From IMG/VR virus record IMGVR_UViG_3300042892_001069: a DNA stretch of 64,000 bases; one strand, written 5' to 3'. This document shows, piece by piece, positions 1 through 9,600 of the stretch. A model generated the notes under the pieces. The model had not been told where the DNA came from. It did no database searches and was given only the letters and a program-made list of their open reading frames with translations. Each line of letters opens with the position of its first letter. Position 1 is the first letter of the stretch. Made by a program: the position numbers and the translations under genes. This stretch comes from a virus (taxonomy: Duplodnaviria; Heunggongvirae; Uroviricota; Caudoviricetes).

Positions 1-1
1 G

Positions 2-679
2 TTTTACAAAGGCATGGAAGATCACGTTGCTGTTGACTATTCTAAAGACGGGTTGTATCTTGGATTTAAATATGATTATTCTGTAGATGATCTTACTAGT
101 ATTGCTGCCAAATACGATGTTGAAATAACAGATGCGTCAAACGACGATATTGTTGAGCTATTAATGAATAAACACATTGTTACTATATATCAAGGACGCA
201 GTGAAAATGGTCCACGTGCGCTAGGAAATAGATCAATCTTGTTTAATCCTACATATGAAGACGGTAAAGACTTTGTTAATGAAGTTAAACATCGTGAATA
301 TTTCCGTCCGTTTGCTGGAACAATTCTTCAAGAGCACGTACACGAGTGGTTTGATCTACGAGGCATGGATGATAGCCCGCATATGATGTATGCTGTAAAC
401 TGTCAGCCAGGTGTAGAAGCAAAGATTCCGGCAATTATTCACATTGACGGAACATGCCGTATACAAACTGTTACAGAAGAACAGAATAAACATTACTATG
501 AGTTGATTAAAGCATTCCATAGCAAGACCGGAGTACCAATTTTGTTTAATACTAGTTTTAATCTCGGCGGAGATCCATTAGTTGAAACGCTTGATGATGC
601 TATTACTACTTTACAACAAAGCAGAATCGAATACTTGTATTTGCCAGAGTTGGGTAAACTAATAAAAGTGGCCAACTAA
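2..679 (+). CDS. Carbamoyltransferase (NodU/CmcH family), C-terminal part; 5'-truncated by the window
   Basis: Motifs GRSENGPRALGNRSIL, KHREYFRPFA, HIDGTCRIQTV, NTSFNLGGDPLVE. The frame is open from base 2, so the ATG at 14 is probably internal. Confidence 0.92.
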   Translation, partial: FYKGMEDHVAVDYSKDGLYLGFKYDYSVDDLTSIAAKYDVEITDASNDDIVELLMNKHIVTIYQGRSENGPRALGNRSILFNPTYEDGKDFVNEVKHREYFRPFAGTILQEHVHEWFDLRGMDDSPHMMYAVNCQPGVEAKIPAIIHIDGTCRIQTVTEEQNKHYYELIKAFHSKTGVPILFNTSFNLGGDPLVETLDDAITTLQQSRIEYLYLPELGKLIKVAN

Positions 680-2178
680 TGCGCATAGTTATAGTTGGTG
701 GCGGAACTGCTGGATGGCTTACTGCCATTATAGGGTTAGCCACCTCCCCGGAACATACATATACAGTTTTAGAAAGTAGCCAAATTGGTATTATTGGAGT
801 AGGTGAATCTACTACTGGATTTTTCACAGATCTGTTTCAAGATGATCTGCGTAGTATGGGTGTAGATCACGATGACTTTATGATCAAAACTGGTGCTACA
901 TGCAAGTTAGGCATACATCATCGCGGGTGGGGTCAAGATCCTAACCAAAGTTATCTTGCCCCACTAGACGGGTCATCTACACAATTTGAGTCTCGTGATC
1001 ATGCCTTTGAATTTGCGTTAAAACAACTGCCAGTTGAGGATCTAATTACTATAAGTCATACTGGATTTCTCATGAAGCACGGACTTAGTAACATGGACCG
1101 GACTGGTCGATTTACCCGTCACGGTCACGCACTTCATGTTGATGGTACATTAACTGGTCAATACTTTAAAAAGCATTGTTTACAAAAAGAAAATTGTCAT
1201 CATATAGATAGCGAACTAGTTTCAGTTAATATAGGTGAGGATTCTCTCATCAGTAGTATACAACTAGCCGATGGTAGTCAATTAGAAGGCGACTTGTTTA
1301 TTGATTGTACAGGATTTTCAAGATTGTTAATCAAAGCTATGGGAGCAAAATGGGTCAGTTATAAGCAGTGGCTACCAGTAGATCGAGGTATGCCGTTTTT
1401 AGAAAAATATGCGGATGACGAATTACCAGAAGCATGGACTACTGCTCATGCTCAAAAGAATGGTTGGATGTGGACTACTCCATTACTAGACCGAAAAGGT
1501 AACGGATATGTATACAGTAGCGATCATGTAACTGACGAACAAGCACAAGATGATATAGAAATAGCGTTAGGTCGTAAGATAAATCCTGTTAAAATAGTTA
1601 AATTTGATGCCGGTCGACAAGACCAAGCATGGATTGGCAACTGTGTTAGCATTGGACTTAGCAGTAGTTTTTTAGAACCGCTGGAAGCAACTAGCATACA
1701 TACATCCATTGTTCAAATTAAAATGTTATTTAAAGAATATATTTGTGCTACTAAAGAACAAACATTAAATCCTGGTATTATTAAAACTTATAATCAGAGA
1801 TGGAGCAAGCAAATTGATGATCTCAAAGATTTTTTAGTAATGCACTATCAGGGCGGTAGAACTGACACTGAATTTTGGAAGTATATTACTAGCGGAGCAA
1901 CTCAGACTGACTCGGTTAAGACTCTAATGGATATGGCCCGTGTTCGAACGTTGTCCTATAACGATTTCCCAAGATATTGGGGAGTTGCCGGTTGGAGTTT
2001 ATATTCTTGGGTTATGGCAGGGTTAGGATTATTTGATAATTTACCTGCTAATGACAATCCTGAATGGTTGTTTGATCAAGAAATATCATATTTAGAACTT
2101 CAACAACGTATGGCGCAATTATATGGCAACAATTTAACACATGCCGAATATATTAATTTCATACAATCTAAACGTTGA
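679..2178 (+). CDS. Flavin-dependent halogenase (tryptophan halogenase PrnA/RebH family)
   Basis: GGGTAG FAD motif, IGVGEST, catalytic-position Lys in ATCKLGI, GWMWTTP (variant of WxWxIP), FLEPLEATSI. TAATG overlap with the upstream gene. Confidence 0.9.
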   Translation: MRIVIVGGGTAGWLTAIIGLATSPEHTYTVLESSQIGIIGVGESTTGFFTDLFQDDLRSMGVDHDDFMIKTGATCKLGIHHRGWGQDPNQSYLAPLDGSSTQFESRDHAFEFALKQLPVEDLITISHTGFLMKHGLSNMDRTGRFTRHGHALHVDGTLTGQYFKKHCLQKENCHHIDSELVSVNIGEDSLISSIQLADGSQLEGDLFIDCTGFSRLLIKAMGAKWVSYKQWLPVDRGMPFLEKYADDELPEAWTTAHAQKNGWMWTTPLLDRKGNGYVYSSDHVTDEQAQDDIEIALGRKINPVKIVKFDAGRQDQAWIGNCVSIGLSSSFLEPLEATSIHTSIVQIKMLFKEYICATKEQTLNPGIIKTYNQRWSKQIDDLKDFLVMHYQGGRTDTEFWKYITSGATQTDSVKTLMDMARVRTLSYNDFPRYWGVAGWSLYSWVMAGLGLFDNLPANDNPEWLFDQEISYLELQQRMAQLYGNNLTHAEYINFIQSKR

Positions 2179-2191
2179 TAATTCATTTAAT

Positions 2192-2220
2192 AAAAAAGCC
2201 CCTTAATTGGGGCTTTTTTT
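2192..2220. terminator. Bidirectional intrinsic terminator between convergent operons
   Basis: AAAAAAGCCCC-TTAATT-GGGGCTTTTTTT: perfect stem with a U-tract on each strand. Confidence 0.9.
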
Positions 2221-2875
2221 ATAGTGTTCCGTCCGGTTTAGCGTACGGCTGTAGTTTCCAGGGATCAGTTGTTGGGAGTTGTCCGCTACTAGCGGCTCCG
2301 TGAACTTGTGGAATATCTCTTAATTTTTGTCTATATGCTTCCCATTCAGCTGTTAACGATGCTGGTAGATCTGGAACTACTCGATCGTCGCTTTGCGCTA
2401 GTTCAGAATTACGACCTTTTCGAAACTGTTCCCATGTGATATGGGGTTTCTTCCAAGGATACGGAGTTACAAATTGGTTAGTTGTTGGATTGTATGCTAT
2501 TTCAGTTGCTTCGTATGTGTGATCCGGAACTGGATTCAACGGTCGAGTATATACTGTACCGTCAGGAAGTTCTTCTTCATACTGAGGAAGTAGTGAATGA
2601 TCACTAGGATCATCAGCACCTACTAAACAACATAACAGAGGATTTGTTTCACAATCAACCATTATTTTATATTGATCTAATGGCGTTGGATATATATCTC
2701 CGTCTTCTTCTTTGGTCTTAAAGTGACAATTTATTACGTTTGTTTCTTTATCAATAAAGATCCAAATTTTGTCAGGACCATTGTATGTCCATTCTGCAGT
2801 TTTACCTAGGTCATTTGTTTGGTACAAATAATCGTCGGCTATATCGTATGTAAAAGTTTTTGTTATTTTTGCCAT
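2219..2875 (-). CDS. Tail-fibre assembly chaperone-like protein (paralogue of 4421..5107)
   Basis: C-terminal RNSELAQSD...WEAYRQKLRDIP motif. Shares YxGPDKIW, PDHTYE and PYPWKKPH with 4421..5107. Confidence 0.7.
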   Translation of the reverse strand: MAKITKTFTYDIADDYLYQTNDLGKTAEWTYNGPDKIWIFIDKETNVINCHFKTKEEDGDIYPTPLDQYKIMVDCETNPLLCCLVGADDPSDHSLLPQYEEELPDGTVYTRPLNPVPDHTYEATEIAYNPTTNQFVTPYPWKKPHITWEQFRKGRNSELAQSDDRVVPDLPASLTAEWEAYRQKLRDIPQVHGAASSGQLPTTDPWKLQPYAKPDGTL

Positions 2876-2879
2876 AATT

Positions 2880-3635
2880 TTAACCGTATGTAATTGAAAC
2901 TAATCCGCCACCGCCCCACATTCCTGGGAAGCAACTGCCGCCGTATGCTTGTGCGCTAGTGCCGCCGCCGCCTGGAAATACTGAGCAAGGGAACCAGTCA
3001 TTACAACCACCAGTGGCGCCAAGATTCATACAACCGCCCATGCCGTACTGTGGTCCTGAAACTGTTCCTGGAGCAGTTGAAGCGTGTTGTTGGCCATATT
3101 GTTGACACCAAGTACTTGATGTATATGTAGATTGGCCGCCGTGAATACAAACGTCGCCACCGTATGCGCAACAGCAATAAGGATTTGCTGTTGAACAAGT
3201 GTAGCAAGATAGATACAACCAACATGTTGTATTACCATAATGGCCACCGCTTGCGCAAAGATTACTTGTGCCAAACCCGTTTACATAACTAGTACACCCG
3301 GCACAACCAATACAACTACATGCCGCAGTGGTAGTGCTACCGGCACAGATAGTATATTGACAACCAGCTAATGTTGGGCTGCACACTGTTTTATTAACAT
3401 ATGCTCCGCTACCGCCTGGCCACCCTTGCATGCAACAGCAAGCGCCTGCGCCTCCGCCACCACCACCCCATATTTCAAATAATATCCATGTTGAACCAGC
3501 GGGTACAGTGAATAGACAACAACGTCCACCGTTATTCTGTGTGTTAACACTAGTTCCGTATATTAATATTTCTTGAGGATAGTTAGTTGCTGCATCAACT
3601 GGGATTGAATATAATAAAGTTCTTAAATCTGACAT
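2880..3635 (-). CDS. Cys/Gly-rich virion tip/fibre protein, paralogue 1
   Basis: About 25 Cys in 251 aa; CCxxxVP, FEIWGGGG, GACCC and C-terminal GGGGLVSITYG. Confidence 0.65.
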   Translation of the reverse strand: MSDLRTLLYSIPVDAATNYPQEILIYGTSVNTQNNGGRCCLFTVPAGSTWILFEIWGGGGGGAGACCCMQGWPGGSGAYVNKTVCSPTLAGCQYTICAGSTTTAACSCIGCAGCTSYVNGFGTSNLCASGGHYGNTTCWLYLSCYTCSTANPYCCCAYGGDVCIHGGQSTYTSSTWCQQYGQQHASTAPGTVSGPQYGMGGCMNLGATGGCNDWFPCSVFPGGGGTSAQAYGGSCFPGMWGGGGLVSITYG

Positions 3636-3648
3636 GAATGTTCCTGTT

Positions 3649-4413
3649 TTATTTGTATGTTACAACTACCATACCGCCGGAACCCCAACCGCCCCAACAG
3701 CAAGGACCATTATATGACATGGCTCCACCACCGCCACCGCCTGGAAATTGGTTTGCGTTACCTTCAGAAGCCGCACAGCCCATCCAATATTCACCGCAAT
3801 GTGTTCTTGAAATTCTGGCGCCTGCTCCAATTACTGGTCCGCCTGGAACCATATGCCATGCGTCAAATCCGCACCATGATGCGTGAGCAGATCCCATAAG
3901 TCCACAAATGGCAAAATCAGCATTACAAGTTGATCCGCAAATATGTGAAGGGCAATGGAAACAACTAGCAATAGCCCAGAAACATGATGACTCGCCACCT
4001 GCGCCACCACTGGCACACAAGCATAGAGCACTTGGAGTTGCGCTAGCGTTACATGCGTACGACGGAAATCCGTTAGTACCTCTACATGGCTGACTGCAGC
4101 ATCCTGACCCGCCGGCACAGATTGTAAATGTTTGGCCTGGGGTTACACGAATAGTTCTACGAGCATATGATCCTGACCCGCCGCCGCGACTTGGTTGCAT
4201 ACAGCAACAAGCGCCAGGGCCATCGCCGCCACCGCCCCATACTTCAAACTTAGCCCATACTGAGCCAGTTGGCACAGTCCACAAGCAACAACGCCCACCA
4301 TCATTGGCAGCATTGCCTTGGTTACCGTTATAAACTGATAACACGCCAAACGCATTTGTTGGGTATGTTAAGTTAAATCTAGTGTCTGGAAATAAATCTC
4401 TTAAATTTGACAT
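3649..4413 (-). CDS. Cys/Gly-rich virion tip/fibre protein, paralogue 2 (start moved to MSNLRDLF)
   Basis: About 23 Cys in 254 aa with the same motifs. The ATG at 4413 gives an N-terminus matching both paralogues. Confidence 0.65.
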   Translation of the reverse strand: MSNLRDLFPDTRFNLTYPTNAFGVLSVYNGNQGNAANDGGRCCLWTVPTGSVWAKFEVWGGGGDGPGACCCMQPSRGGGSGSYARRTIRVTPGQTFTICAGGSGCCSQPCRGTNGFPSYACNASATPSALCLCASGGAGGESSCFWAIASCFHCPSHICGSTCNADFAICGLMGSAHASWCGFDAWHMVPGGPVIGAGARISRTHCGEYWMGCAASEGNANQFPGGGGGGAMSYNGPCCWGGWGSGGMVVVTYK

Positions 4414-4420
4414 AGTAGAA

Positions 4421-5107
4421 TTATCCCGGATTTGATGGTAGTAAGTCTGCTCTAACAACAAATGGCTCTTCAGGGAAAATTACCTTCCAAGGATCAACTC
4501 CGGCAAATGTTGCTGGAAGATCTCTTAGTTTTTGTCTGTATTCTTCCCACGCAGGTATTTGTTCAGGTGTTGCAAGACGAAGCTGTCTATCGCTGGCTGC
4601 TAATCCGCTTTCTCTTACTTTCTTTAACATTTCCCAATCCATATGTGGCTTTTTCCATGGATACGGTTTTACAAATTGACCGGTGGTAGGATTATATTCA
4701 ATTTCAGTTAATTCGTATGTGTGATCCGGTGGAACATTTACAGGGTGTCCGTAGGTTGTGCCTTCTGGTAACTGTTCAACAGTCTGCGGCAAAGTTCCGT
4801 AGTCTATTTCATTATGGAATAAACTGATCAGTTCTGGACTGACGGTTGCGTCGACCATCACTTTAGTCATACCAGTTGGTGTTGGAACATCAGCCCCGTT
4901 ATCTTTCTCAGTATAGTGAAATCTACTGGATATTTTATTAGAATGATTATCAACAAAAACCCAAATTTTATCCGGGCCGGTATAAGTCCATTCACATGTT
5001 TTTTTAAGTGTATCAGTTAGATACAGATATTTGTCCGGTACCGGATATGTAAATGTTTTTGTAATTATAGTATTTGTTGGTAATTCAGGTGTATTATTCT
5101 CAGACAT
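4421..5107 (-). CDS. Tail-fibre assembly chaperone-like protein (start moved to MSENNTP)
   Basis: RESGLAASD...WEEYRQKLRDLP motif. AAGGA precedes the ATG at 5107, and this start avoids overlap with 5128..5907. Confidence 0.7.
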   Translation of the reverse strand: MSENNTPELPTNTIITKTFTYPVPDKYLYLTDTLKKTCEWTYTGPDKIWVFVDNHSNKISSRFHYTEKDNGADVPTPTGMTKVMVDATVSPELISLFHNEIDYGTLPQTVEQLPEGTTYGHPVNVPPDHTYELTEIEYNPTTGQFVKPYPWKKPHMDWEMLKKVRESGLAASDRQLRLATPEQIPAWEEYRQKLRDLPATFAGVDPWKVIFPEEPFVVRADLLPSNPG

Positions 5108-5127
5108 TGTTTCTCTTTCCTTATTTT

Positions 5128-5907
5128 TTAACCGTACGTTATTAGTACTAGGCCGCCGGCACCCCAGCCACCCCAACAGCATCCGCCGCCACAAGCAGAT
5201 GAAGGAGTCCCCATTCCTGCTGGCCACTTAGACCCTTGCATTGCTTCACACCCCATACGGGTATTATTATTTGTACAGCGTTCTAGGCCGGTTCTTGTTG
5301 ACATTCCATATTTAGGAGCGCCAGTTGCTGCAAACCATTGGCTACTAAAGCAATAGTTTGAATCTTTTGCAGTTCCACCAATCGATGCTATACCAATATC
5401 AGGCTGTCTAGCAGAGGCAGGCGCACATAAATTACAACCAAAGTTTTGAGCACCGTTACAGATTCCAGTACATCCCCAGAACCCGTGCCAGCAACCAACG
5501 CATCCAGTGTATCCGCCACCTGCGCAAATTACTTGTTGTCCGTTTGCTCCACAGTTAACCCAACTAGGGAATCCGCAAGTACCGCAATGACTTTGAGCAC
5601 AGCATCCTGATCCGGCGGCGCATGTACAAAAATATTGTCCCGCAGTAACTTTAAGTGAAATTTTTGCGTAGTGTCCAGTTCCTGGTCCACAGCATCCTAG
5701 CCCTGAACAACAGCAAGCACCGCCGCCATCGCCGCCTGCGCCCCATAATTCAAAAGATGCCCACGTTGCGCCGAATGGCACAATCCAGCAACAGCAACAG
5801 CCACCGTTTTGAACGTTACTGATACTGTTATGGTATATTGCTAGCTGTATTAGTTTATAGTTAGCTGTTGGCTTTACAATTGGTAATAAGTCGCGTAATG
5901 ATGACAT
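5128..5907 (-). CDS. Cys/Gly-rich virion tip/fibre protein, paralogue 3
   Basis: About 29 Cys in 259 aa, including CCCC and CCC runs; FELWGAGG; C-terminal GAGGLVLITYG. Confidence 0.65.
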   Translation of the reverse strand: MSSLRDLLPIVKPTANYKLIQLAIYHNSISNVQNGGCCCCWIVPFGATWASFELWGAGGDGGGACCCSGLGCCGPGTGHYAKISLKVTAGQYFCTCAAGSGCCAQSHCGTCGFPSWVNCGANGQQVICAGGGYTGCVGCWHGFWGCTGICNGAQNFGCNLCAPASARQPDIGIASIGGTAKDSNYCFSSQWFAATGAPKYGMSTRTGLERCTNNNTRMGCEAMQGSKWPAGMGTPSSACGGGCCWGGWGAGGLVLITYG

Positions 5908-5922
5908 TCGATTTTTCCGTTA

Positions 5923-6246
5923 TTATTTTAAGATTGTCCAGCCTAACGCAACACTATAACATAATGTAACACACGCATTATTAACGTTAACAGTTAAGTT
6001 TTCTGCCAAGTTTTGAATGTTTGCGCCATTTCTAGCAATAGTAATGTTACTGGCGCCTGCGAATCCGCCGCAATCAATAATCTGTACAGTGTCACCGTCA
6101 ATACATGACGAGGCTACTGGTAACGTAATAGTCTGGCCGCCGGCCGTACATAAAATACGATCGTTGACTAGCGCATTATACGCTGTTCCTGCATTAACCC
6201 TAGTAACTGATCCAGCAGTTCCAGTTGTTGTTATATATCTTCCCAT
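5923..6246 (-). CDS. Small fibre-associated structural protein
   Basis: TITLP...GDTVQIID...NITIARNG.NI...L.Y...GW module typical of phage fibre junction domains. Follows a late promoter. Confidence 0.55.
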   Translation of the reverse strand: MGRYITTTGTAGSVTRVNAGTAYNALVNDRILCTAGGQTITLPVASSCIDGDTVQIIDCGGFAGASNITIARNGANIQNLAENLTVNVNNACVTLCYSVALGWTILK

Positions 6247-6269
6247 TGTGAAAGTTCCTTTATCAGTTG

Positions 6270-6275
6270 TATTTA
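6270..6275 (-). promoter_or_regulatory. T4-like late promoter core TAAATA, overlapping the upstream stop codon
   Basis: gcaTAAATAc on the minus strand, 23 nt upstream of the ATG at 6246. Confidence 0.65.
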
Positions 6276-6593
6276 TGCCGTCGGCGTTTCGATGCCAAAC
6301 GCAACAGCATTAACGTTTGCTGTACTTGACCAAACTACTAGGTACTTTCCAGCATCTAGTACAAGTCCAGTACGTTCAAGTACGCCCTTTGGCATTATTT
6401 CTGTATCAAATTCAATCCACTCATCAACTGTTGGCGTTGCCACTGCCGAAATTGCTACTCTGCAGGTTACCGCAGAATTACTTCTATTGCAAACTGATAT
6501 AGTTGCTACTGTAAATGTAGTCGACGGAACTGTATAGACCGTCGTATTTGTAGATGCCAATAAGTTTGCTGTTCCTAATCTTCCTGTTGCCAT
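6273..6593 (-). CDS. Small beta-rich structural/adaptor protein (family with 22048..22374 and 31142..31492)
   Basis: TTVYTVP...ISVCN...LVLDAG...V pattern, partly shared with the two paralogues. Confidence 0.55.
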   Translation of the reverse strand: MATGRLGTANLLASTNTTVYTVPSTTFTVATISVCNRSNSAVTCRVAISAVATPTVDEWIEFDTEIMPKGVLERTGLVLDAGKYLVVWSSTANVNAVAFGIETPTA

Positions 6594-6605
6594 AATAATT
6601 CTCCG

Positions 6606-9600
6606 TTATCCTAGTAGTAAGAAATCCATTGCTAACGGTAAACCATTAATACCGCCAGTGAAATTCATTGTTGCTGTTACGTTAATCTGTACACCAGTAG
6701 TAGTACTAATACTATTACCGGCAATATAGATAACACCCGCCGTTAGTGTATTTACATTCAATGCGCTTGAACCGCCACCAATTTGGCTACTAATGTATGC
6801 TTTAATAGCTTTTTGTGTGGGTACAATATTATCGCTATTTGCGCTAAAATATTGATCTGTTGAGAAACTAGTAATAGTTGCTCCTGTTCCGCCCAATGCT
6901 ACTGAACCTAATGTTAATGAGTTTAAGCCTGCCAAGTTAAATGCGTCAGCATTAATACTTGCTACACCAGTTGCCTGCTGAACACTAAACAATGTACCAA
7001 CTGTGAAGTTACCGTCCTGATCTGTACTTGTGTAGAATACTCGTCCGCCACCGTTGCCAACTGTTTGTTTTGTAACGTCTGCTGGCTGTGTTGGGATACC
7101 CGGATAATTAGTAGTAGTTGTGCCGCCTGTTCCAATGCTTAAAAAGTCATGCCCTGTTAATCGAACTTGACTGTACTTAATACGCATAGTTGTTAAAGTA
7201 GTATGTGCCGGAGCAGTAACTTGTGTAAATTGTGGACTTATTTGGAATCTTGCGGTGTACGGACTTTGACCGCCACCTGTACCTAAATAATTGTTTACCG
7301 CAACTAACTTATAGAATGTACTATCTCCTGCAAACACCACGTTTGATCCAGGAGTTGGACTAGTTGTTAGTCCTGATACGTTGATATAATATCCAGGTTG
7401 GAACTTATCTGCGTATCCATTACCTTCAACTGTTGCAATTGCAGTTGCGAATTGTAATCCTCTGTTGGTAAATGTTGGATTTGCCAGTGCTCCTACACCA
7501 ATTCGAGTTGACCAAGTAGCTGTGCTAGTTTGATTAGGGTCAGTAATAGTCAATGACGGAATTGTACTATATCCGCTTCCTGGCTCTATTAGTCGAATTT
7601 CACTAATTGAATTTGCTGATACTTTTACTCTTGCTTGTGTTGTACATCCGGCAACAATACTGTTTGCCACAACAGTTGATGTGGTTAGCGCAACCCATAA
7701 AGGTACAGAACTTGGATTACCGAACGCAATAGCTGGCCATGCTGCCGCGGCTCCTGCTAGAGTTCTTGGAGTCCAATTTGCTCCGTCTTCTGATGTTGCG
7801 GCAGCGGTTGTCGACCCGGTTGCGACAGCAAAGAATAATCCTTGTCCGTAACGAACTTTGGTCCATGCTTGACTTACTGGCATTCCGGCACTTGACTGTA
7901 TCCAAGTAAGTCCGTCTTTGCTGTATGCTGTAATTCTGCTTCCAGTAGCAACAGCAACAAACACGCCTTTACCAAAAGTCACACTTGACCAGTTGGCTAT
8001 TGCCGGTAATGCTCGTGATATCCATGACAGTCCGTCCACGCTTGATGCCGCTTGGGTGCCGCCTGACGCAATGGCCACATATGTTCCGGCACCGTAAGCA
8101 ACGCCAGTCCAGTTAACGCTAGCCGGTAACGCACCGGTAGCATTCCAAGTAGTACCGTTTGTCGAGTAAGATGCGCTGGTACTACCAGTTTTTACTGCCA
8201 TAAATACGCCGTTGCCGTAGCATATAGATTGCCAGCCAGCACCTCCACCTAGTGTTCCGCCTGCGGTCCACAAGGCCGTTGGATCGGTAGTATAGTTTGA
8301 GGAAGCGTCAAAATTGCTGACAGTAACCCATCGTCCGTTACCGTATGCTATTGAATTCCACAATGTATTAGAAGTTAACGCACCGCCCGTTGCCCAAGTT
8401 GTCCCATCTGAACTAATTTGAGTAGCTGCACTACCAGCGGCAAGCGCAACAAAGTAACCGCCAGCGCCAACACCAGTATATGTAAAGTTAAGAATTGCGC
8501 CAATTGATATTCCACTAGATGGAGCAGTAGCAACTAATGTTACTGTAATTGTTATATTGTTAGTAGTACTTACACCCCCAACACTTGTTCCTGGAATAGT
8601 AAGTACATCGCCAATTTTATATAGCGTGCCGCCTTGACCAGATATTGCGGTATTAGTAGTTACAACATACGCAGTACCAGTTCTTGCTACTGTAAATGTT
8701 GCTCCGCTACCACTGCCGCCTGTGGCTGTTACACCTGCGTTTGCTACACCGTTATAATTTACTATAGTGTCACCGTATACGCAATCTGACCAGGCACTGC
8801 TTATTGAGGTGCGTGACGTTGCCGAATATGTAGGACTAGTAAATGTTATTCTTGGTTCAATAATATATGAAGATGTTAAATCCAGTGAGCTAACTATTGC
8901 TGTACCAGTAATTATATGATCCCATCCAACAGCATTTAAAATTAATCCGCTACTGCTAGATGATGTTCCCACTGCCACAGCCACTACGCCGCCTGAACTT
9001 GATGCAACACTGAACTGTGTTGAAGTTATAGATGATCCAATTACGTAATAAATTGTACCTAACGCAATTGTAGACATACCAGTTAACAGTGCGCCAGTAA
9101 GTATCACTGGCATGTTAGCATATAAAGATGTCGTGTCAGCAACTGTTAGTAAACTTGATCCTGCGGCAGATATTGATAGTGTTGTAAAACTTTCTTTAGC
9201 TACAATACCTGCTTTAGTACCGTTGTTATAGGTAGTAAAGTAACCAGTTTGTCCAACACCAGAACCACCGGTAACTATAACACGCATACCGATGTATGCG
9301 CCAGTAATACCTGCGTCAGTTGCCGCAATAACAATACTTGTAGCAGTGCCGCCTTGAGCTACGTTAGTTTGAGTTATGTAGTTAGCACCATTAGCTAATA
9401 CTCTAGATTCAAATACTGCATTATCTCTAAATTCATTTGCTACAGTGGTCACTCCGTATCCAGTTCCACTAATACTAAATGTTGCAGAATTATATTCTGT
9501 GCCGGCATTGACAAATTCAATACGATAAATTCGATCAGTACTGTCTGTTAATACTGCACCTATTTCTGCTTGATAATATCGGTTGTTAACTCTTGCTATA

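Noticed and set aside
4414-4461. Longer starts in the ORF track (4461, also 5227, 27081, 48014, 48881)
   Set aside because: Downstream ATGs fit better with RBS position, paralogue N-termini, promoter position or gene overlaps.
2880-5907. Stop-codon recoding or selenocysteine in the Cys-rich genes
   Set aside because: The three paralogues are full-length and end at matching positions in the standard code, and core genes are not fragmented.
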